Shown: positions 44,085-64,000 of the stretch, piece by piece
Layout of the letters: each line of letters opens with the position of its first letter
Numbering within the stretch: position 1 is the stretch's first letter
Assembly (NCBI GenBank): GCA_033442325.1
Contig: JAWQFM010000002.1
Span: 913,939 to 977,938 of the forward strand
Length of the DNA: 64,000 nucleotides
Direction: 5' to 3'
DNA from: Salpingoeca rosetta
Taxonomy: Eukaryota > Protista > Choanoflagellata
Notes under the pieces: generated by a model
What the model was told of the DNA's origin: nothing
Seen by the model: only the letters and a program-made list of their open reading frames with translations
Database searches by the model: none
Program-made: the position numbers and the translations under genes

Positions 44085-45866
44085 ATGTGCGTGGGGACGA
44101 ACGTCTGTTGTTCAGCGCGACTCTTGCCGAGCCTGTTCCACATACATCAGCTGCCTCTCTTTGCCTTCCTTCTTGGCCAGCATGGCTTCTTCCCTCACAT
44201 AGCGTGCACGTGTTTGTGTGTGTGTGTTTGTGTGTGTGTGTGTTTGTGTGTGTATGTGTTTGTGTGTGTGTATGTGTTTGCATGCTAGGGCGAGCTTCTG
44301 GAAGAGCAATCCTCGCAAGTTCTGCGAGTACTGCAACTGCTGGTTCGCAGACAACAAAGTGGTCGGTTGTCGTTGTGGGCCCCCACTTTGCTTCTGTTTT
44401 CGCGCGCACGTCGCGTGCCAACCCATGACATACCTTTTCACACACATGTGCGTGTTCAACATACACACACGCATACACGCAATCGCGCACACATACCCGC
44501 AAAACATACAAACACACTCACTCATTCACACACAACACACGCAAACGCACTCACACTTGCTCACCCGCACATCCGTAGAGTATTGAATTCCACGAGTCTG
44601 GGAAGCGACACAAGGAAAACGTTGCTCAGAGGCTGAAAGAGGTGCGCAACCGCCGTGTACTTGTTGTTTCTCTTTTGATGTTTGTTCCAGCGCACCTGCA
44701 CGTGCACCACTGGAACCTTACTCCTGGGCTTGCGCGCTTGTGATGGAGCACAGAGCCGGCAAAACTTTGTCAAGCGACAGAAGGATGAGTCGTCCTTGAA
44801 GAAGATGCTGGACCAGGCAAAGCAGGTACGCGTGGCAACGTACCATTGCCGACCTTCCTGTGACCTGAACATGGCCTCGTGGCTGTGCACTGCACTGAAT
44901 GTGTCCACTGAATGTGTCCACCATCTCATCCCACTCACATGTGCGTTCTCCTCCACGCACGCGTAGGATGCACTGAAGTCCTTGGGCCAGAGCATGCATA
45001 GCAATCCAAACCTGCTAAAGGACACCTCCCTTGCGTCCATCTCCGCAAAAGACCGTGCTGGTGCGTCCATGCACGCAACCTCACATACATATATGTGCTC
45101 ACGAAGATGCCCAGCCTTGCACTGTGAATGCGTGCGCGTGTAGGTTGTGTGTGTATGTGTGTGTGTATGTATGTGTGTGTGTGTGTGTGCGAAGCCTGTG
45201 TGAGTTGGGCAGGACTTCTGTTGTATCTCACGACATGCTTCTATGCATGTAACCACCACCCTTGTGACAGCCTTTATGGCAGCGTCAGAAGCAAGCAAGC
45301 CGCAGCCCGAGCAGCAGCAGCAGCAGCAGCAGCAGCAGTGGAAGAGCACGCTGAGCCGTCTTGATGCGGATGAATCAATGGCCAAGGCGAGCACTTCTGC
45401 AACAGCAGCGACAACAACAGCAGCAACAACAACAACGACAGCAACAGCAACAACAGCAACGACAACAACAGCATCAACACTGCAATACGGTGTGTGGGTG
45501 CAGCCTCTGCTCGATTGTGCTCGTGATTAGAAGTGCGCACGTGCATTTGCTGCTTTCAAGGCACCAAAGACTATCTTGAATGCATATGTCACACCCTTTC
45601 TTTCGCTCTCTCTGCCGTGTTGGGTCTGCCCAGGCCAATTCTATCAAGACCCAAATGGATGGATGAAGTGCGATGCTGGCAACGGCATGTACTACTACTA
45701 CAACGTCAACACCAAAGGTTGGCAATGCTGTAGATGTGCAAACAGGGTGTGATTGTTCCTTGTTTTTGTTTGGCTGATCGTTTGGCGCTACAGTTGGCGC
45801 ATTAGCCTTGTTGGGCTTGTCTTTTCTGCACACCACACACCCACACACCCACCCACACACAACACA

Positions 45867-45901
<35 letters not shown>

Positions 45902-46327
45902 CACAAGCACACACACACACACAGCGCCTCACACAGATTCACCTTCATCTGTGCATTCAACACAGTGTCGACGTGGGCGCGGCCAGCCGAATTTGTGGAA
46001 GCAGCCAGTGGCGCAAGCAAGGGTGGCAGTGACGCAAGCAAGGGTGGTAACGGAACTGAAGGGGCAGCAGCAGTGGATGAGAAGGAGAAGAAGAAGGAAG
46101 GAGATGAAGCTGGTCTCGGTGACGGGACAAAGGAAGGGGTAGAAGATGCGAAGAAAGAGAGCGGTGGCGATGAAGACCAGAAGGCAGCGGAGACAGCGGC
46201 ACCAGCAAATCCACACGGGTGGGTGACGGTTGAGACAAAGAAGCCAACAGCGGCTGCAGAGAAGGCGGAAGGCGATGATGGCACAGAAAAGAGCAGGAAG
46301 AAGAGCAAGAACAAGAACAAGAAGAAG
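44085..46327 (+). CDS. WBP4: WW domain-binding protein 4 (FBP21), U1C-type zinc finger plus WW; 3' end unresolved because of a gap
   Basis: MASFWKSNPRKFCEYCNCWFADNKV|SIEFHESGKRHKENVAQRLKE, WW domain GWMKCDAGNGMYYYYNVNTK|VSTWARP, and NPHGW motif. A possible terminal exon lies at 46775-46798. Confidence 0.88.
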
Positions 46328-46474
46328 GTACGTCGTCCGTGCGTGTGGTTTTGTGCGTGAGTATATGCATGTGTGTGTGCGCGGTTTGTGTGGTGCAGTG
46401 ATTGGGCACACGCAAGCACACCCACACCACACCCACCCACCCACCCACACCCACCCACCCACACCCACGCACAC

Positions 46475-46702
46475 NNNNNNNNNNNNNNNNNNNNNNNNNN
46501 NNNNNNNNNNNNNNNNNNNNNNNNNNNNNNNNNNNNNNNNNNNNNNNNNNNNNNNNNNNNNNNNNNNNNNNNNNNNNNNNNNNNNNNNNNNNNNNNNNNN
46601 NNNNNNNNNNNNNNNNNNNNNNNNNNNNNNNNNNNNNNNNNNNNNNNNNNNNNNNNNNNNNNNNNNNNNNNNNNNNNNNNNNNNNNNNNNNNNNNNNNNN
46701 NN
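46475..46702. other. Assembly gap (228 N)
   Basis: Run of n. Confidence 1.
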
Positions 46703-46852
46703 GCGACATGCCAACACATTGTCTTCTTGAACGATACAGCGTGATGGTTCTGTGTATTGATGTGAAGTTTGCAGAGAAACAAAGACAAAACGAATTAACA
46801 GACCATCACACACACACAAGCAAGCAAGCAAGCAAGCAACCAACCAAACAAA

Positions 46853-46892
<40 letters not shown>

Positions 46893-47006
46893 CAAACAAA
46901 CCAACAACAAACAAACCAACAAACAAACAAACACACAAGCAACAAACAAGCAACCAAGCAAGCAACCACAAGGTTACGTCCAAATACATATGCGAATCCA
47001 GGGTGC

Positions 47007-47373
47007 TCATGTTGATGAGAGTGTGAGGAAGAGGCAGTCGTTGTGCATGTTTCCAATGTGGTCCACACCACCATACAGCAGGATCGAGTCAGCTGTTACA
47101 GCTGCCACGCTTCCAACGCCATCAGCTTTCTCAGCCACACGTGTGCTGTCAGATGCTTGCTCCTTCTCCCCAGCGTCCGCCACACTCACGTCCCGGGCAC
47201 CATCATCATCATCACCACCACCACTGTCATCATGCGGATTGTGATGGTGCTGGTTCGGTTTGGCTGCTGTCGCATCTGCCTGATCGCCGTCCACGCCACC
47301 CTGCTGTTGGCCACCAACAACAGCCCCAAACATGGGCGTCACATCATGCACTGCTGGCGGCTGGTGCTGCTGG

Positions 47374-47440
<67 letters not shown>

Positions 47441-47751
47441 GGTCCTTCTCTTCCGGTTCCGAGTCTGATTCAAGCAAAGAGCCTGGGAAGGGCAAGCCAT
47501 GCGCACATTTGAACAGCAATGTATGCGTAGAAACGTGAGCGCAGCAAACCAGCAACACTTCTTTGTCTCAGCACACAGACGCCCACACTGACCCACACAC
47601 GCACATGTACATGTGGGCTGCTTGCATCGCCAAAGAGCCTCGTACGTGTGCAGGGGACGAGCGAGAAATCGAATCTGGCGGCAACGGGGGCCGTGCTCAG
47701 CTCAGCTTTCCTCCACGTATCGTCATCTGGAGCGGGAAGGGAGGCATTTGT

Positions 47752-47801
<50 letters not shown>

Positions 47802-48241
47802 ATTTGACGTTGAAGTTGCTGCATGCTGGCGCACGATTCGCAACAGACTCGGTTGTGCACACAAATGCACCCATCAACAACTTGCCAGCAAAAAGCACAC
47901 AGACACACAGACACACAGACACACAGACACACACAGACACAGACACACAGACACACAGACACAGACACACAGACACACACGCACACACACAGCAACCGAC
48001 CTGTGTTGAAGAGGAAGACGTCGTCAAGCGCTGCGATGGGGACGTGTTCGCCAACACCAAGACCGCCCGTCAGCACAACAGAAACGCCACCACCACCACG
48101 ACCACGACCACCACCATCACCATCACCATCGTCATGGTGGGTGGTGAGAGCACAGATGGAGTGGCCACTGCGCGGTGTTGGGCGCTGCCCCTTAGCGTCA
48201 ACCCGGCGCCATGTCATCGAACCTGATGGTGATGGTGATGG

Positions 48242-48299
<58 letters not shown>

Positions 48300-49677
48300 G
48301 AAAGGCTGATTCGTGAGGTGGCTATCTTGAGCGTGTGTGGCATGCAGCTTTAGGAGCACGTAAACATGCACGTGCATGTTAAGACATAATCACATGCGTG
48401 CAACCAGACAACACGTACGGGTGTCGAGCGTGAACAAGTCGTCATGGAAGGTTCCTTCGTGCAAGCCTCCGTGGATAAGAGCCGTTTGAGGGTCGATCAT
48501 GCACATGGCGTGGCCCTGGCGAATTGAGGGAATGTCCCCTGTGCCTCTGTGCTTTGTCCACCGCCACGTTTCTGCACACACACACACACACACACACATG
48601 CACACACACACACATGCACATGCAAATATTGACAAAGGTATGCAAGTGGGATTAGCTCCTTGGTGTGCGGCAAACACATTTGCCTGTCTAGTCGGGTGTA
48701 TGCATGATGGCAGGCTGTATGCAAGCAGCACGTGATCTCACCAGTGTCGAGTGCATACACGGCTGTGTCGTCCACAGCCGCCATGCCTTGCTCCCCGCCG
48801 CCGAAAACATACACACGCGTGCCGCTGGCAAGCTGTTGTGGAACACAAACAGACACACACACAGACCCACAGACACACACACACACAAGGCGCAGAGCAC
48901 GCGAATGAAAGTGTCAGTCCCAATCCAAAGAGCAGCAGCGTACAAAGCGTGGTATTGACAAGGAAGCAGCGCGGTGACGAGCACGTGCCAGTCATTACCA
49001 GGTGATGGACGGCCCGGGGCGAGGGGATATCGCCTGTGGCGGCCACCTGTGTCCACGTCCACGAGTCTGGCACGACAGGCAAAGGTGGCAGACAGCAAGA
49101 CAGATGGCTCATCAGCGCGGTAGAAGGGCACATGGAAGATGTGATTGCAATCAACAACAGCCATCATCTCGCCAGCAGGCCAATGCTTGCCGCCAATTCC
49201 ATCTTGAGCTCATCCGCAAGCTCCAAACACACACACACACACACAATATGTTTGTTGTGACAACACACCAGCCAGCCCCGAAACAAGTGCACCCAAACAA
49301 ATACACATACATTACACGCCCGCACACACAGATACAGGCACACACAGACACACGCACACACATACATACACAGACACACGCACACAGACACACACAGACA
49401 CACACACGTCCTAACATACTCACCAAGTGACAAGGTCCATGTGTCGTTGAGATTTCCTTCCTCACCAACGCCTCCAAAGACACAGACGGCGTGCTTGCTG
49501 GGAAGATAGACCATGCCATGGTCGTATCGGCGGCTGGGCACTGGCTCTTCTAGGGTGTTCAATTTCCGCCACGCACCAGTCACTGCACACGCGACCGCGA
49601 AAAAGATAAGCATTGTGTCAGGAGGAACAAGGAACACACACACACACACACTGCCAGAAGCCAAGGCACACATTGCC

Positions 49678-49713
<36 letters not shown>

Positions 49714-49997
49714 GCCTGCCTGTCTGTCTGTCTGGGACCTCCAGAAAACAGCTGCAAGGCAAACGAAGGGCACCCACTGACCGATGTTAAGGACAAAGAC
49801 GTCATTCGAGAGGCCAGTCGGGGTTGCGCCGCCGAAGAACACAAACTTTGCTGTGTGACCACACTGGCAGCAGCCGTGTCCAAGGCGAGGGCCCAGCGCA
49901 TGCGGCTCGTCGTCCTTTGGTGTCGGCACAACATACCTGCACAAACACCAACAGCGGCCACAAATGATAGGTACGCCAACAAAACAGCAGCAAAAAG

Positions 49998-50040
<43 letters not shown>

Positions 50041-50245
50041 TAGTAGCAGCAGCAGCTCTGTCTGCTTCCACCACAGCACCACCAGCGCCAGCACCACCAG
50101 CACGCAGTCCACTGCAGCATGCGCTAAAGAAAACACACCACATGTGGGATGAAGGGATGTCGCCGCGTGCGAGGAACGGGTGCAGGGTCCATGAGCCATC
50201 TTCACTGGATCCAGGCGTTAGCACGCCTTGCTTTTGTGTCGACAT
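47007..50245 (-). CDS. RABEPK: Rab9 effector protein with kelch motifs (p40); about 8 exons
   Basis: LHPFLARGDIPSSHMW|Y..., PRLGHG..FVFFGGATP, RYDHG..VCVFGG..GNLND, PSPRAVH..VYVFGGGEQGMAAVDD, IRQGHAM..LIHGGL...FHDDL, and LYGGVDHIGNMHND follow RABEPK blade by blade, including the insert in the last blade. Confidence 0.88.
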
Positions 50246-50849
50246 GGTCAAAAAAGGTCACCAAGGTGGCTGGAAGGACTTGCCTGCCTCCTGTCGCAGC
50301 GCTGCAGTGTTGGGCAGTCTGTTGCTTGCTTCTTGCTTGTTCGAAGCAGCGGGCAGTTGCGGTCTGCTTGGTTCTTCTGCCTTGATCTTCGTCTTCTTGT
50401 CAAACGTGCTTTTTGGAGCTGTTCGTTGAATTTTCATTGAAGTTGTACGCAGTTTATCGGCACCGTGCCTGAAACCGCCCACCAAACCTTTCCAGCCAAG
50501 CACCAACGACGCACACACACACACATCACACCACCTGCCTCGCCGCCCGCAATAGCGCACGCACCACGCACCACCTGACCACATCTCGCACTCACGGCTG
50601 CATCTGGTTGACGACACCACTCGCTTTGTGGTGGGGGTTGTAGTTGCTGTCCCCTCAATTATTCCGTGCTTTACAAGCACAGCGAAGGACAGAAAGTACT
50701 TCATTTTTGTGCCAGGACAGCGTGCTTGTTTGCAAGGCCCCAGGTACAAGGCAGGAGGAGGACAACGCCAGCTGCAGTCAGCCTCGTTCGCACACGCATA
50801 CACGCATCCAGGAACTTCGCCTTTGACCCCGCACCCGGCTGCGGAAACC

Positions 50850-57329
<6,480 letters not shown>

Positions 57330-58305
57330 GCACGTGTGTTGTGTGCCGTGCCATGTGTTGCACCGCGGTTATCGCGTTGTGCACTCATGTCACTTAAACA
57401 GCCATCATCATCGACGATAGTATCCCCGCCTCCCCTGTGCCCGTCTTCTTTAGGATTCGGTGCCATCAAGTTGCACGCGTGTTCACGTTCACTGCTTTGG
57501 TTCTGGTTGAAGGCGACATTTGTGTGTGTTTCTGTTGTGTGCGTGCGTATGTGTATGTATGTGTGATGTGTGTGTGTGATGTGTGTGTGTATGTGTTCTC
57601 TCGTACTTTTGATAGGCGTCAGTGCACCGGCAGCTAGAGGGTGATGCGCGGGCTTGCGCGTGCGTGCGTATATTCGTGAAGTCATGTGTGTGTGTGTGTG
57701 TGTTCCACAAGTCGCTGTTGCCGCCTTCGTTGCTGTTGTCATTCATTGTCTACATCTCATCGTTATGCTTGTGGACTGGAACCCAAAATGCAGCTTGCGC
57801 TCCACCCACGGGCGGCTGTGGCTAGTTACCACATCATCTCACGTGCTCTCACGCGTCCCTGTCCCTCTTCAGTGTTTTGTGCGCACGTGTGTGGGTGCCG
57901 TTCCACACCATAAACAAACAAGCAAACAGACACAACGAGCAGTTGATCCACAGCAATTGCTGTTGTCGTTGTTTAACTGTAATGTAACTCTACAAATTGT
58001 CATCTACATATCGGGCGGAAGCAGTCTCAACAAATCAGTGGGCAGGGCAGGACAGATAGCACGATGTGAAGGAACAAGCACAGGAAATGGCAGCACTTAA
58101 GGACAATCACAACAGTCTACATCACAGCAACAAGGGCGCCGCTACACTGAATAGACTCCACGCACGACAAGGAGACAGACGGAGACACCTTGAAGCAAGT
58201 ACAGGTTTGCGTGGCGATTAGAATAGAGGCAAAGCGAAGTAAAGGTGCACGGGTTGGCGGTGCAACAATTGACGCACGCACGCATGCAGGAGTTGGTGCT
58301 GCTGC

Positions 58306-64000
<5,695 letters not shown>

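Noticed and set aside
48241-48298. Poly-Q in ORF 47723..48343
   Set aside because: Phase analysis puts the RABEPK acceptor at ccatcag|gt just downstream, so this CAA run is intronic.

Overview
Gene-dense, intron-rich eukaryotic DNA with many (CA)n/(GT)n, (CAA)n, (TGAG)n and (CATA)n microsatellites and two assembly gaps. The gene content (animal-like genes, a receptor tyrosine kinase with a C-terminal SH2 domain) and repeat style suggest a choanoflagellate, most likely Salpingoeca rosetta; this is inference. I rebuilt spliced models by hand for about 20 genes: RPS13 (5' end), RNF141, fibrillarin, PAM18/DNAJC19, a class B DnaJ, a Fuseless-like membrane protein, an atypical RBR E3 ligase, VPS9D1-like, an orphan 68-aa ORF, SLC35E2-like, AHCY, ANAPC13, a Golgi sulfotransferase, MARCH6, SPPL3, PCC1/LAGE3, WBP4, RABEPK, type I PIP5K and an RTK-SH2 that runs off the right edge. 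Fourteen of these genes lie in seven head-to-head pairs. The best leads are a structured, microsatellite-free AHCY intron whose stem overlaps the 5' splice site, an RBR ligase lacking the IBR domain, an SPPL3 with altered GxGD and PAL motifs 139 bp from MARCH6, a putative folded domain inserted in PIP5K, a Fuseless-like protein, and an RTK activation-loop micro-exon. No tRNA, rRNA, CRISPR array or transposase was recognised. Most ORF-track entries are repeat or antisense artefacts. Family calls come from motifs recalled from memory, not database searches.
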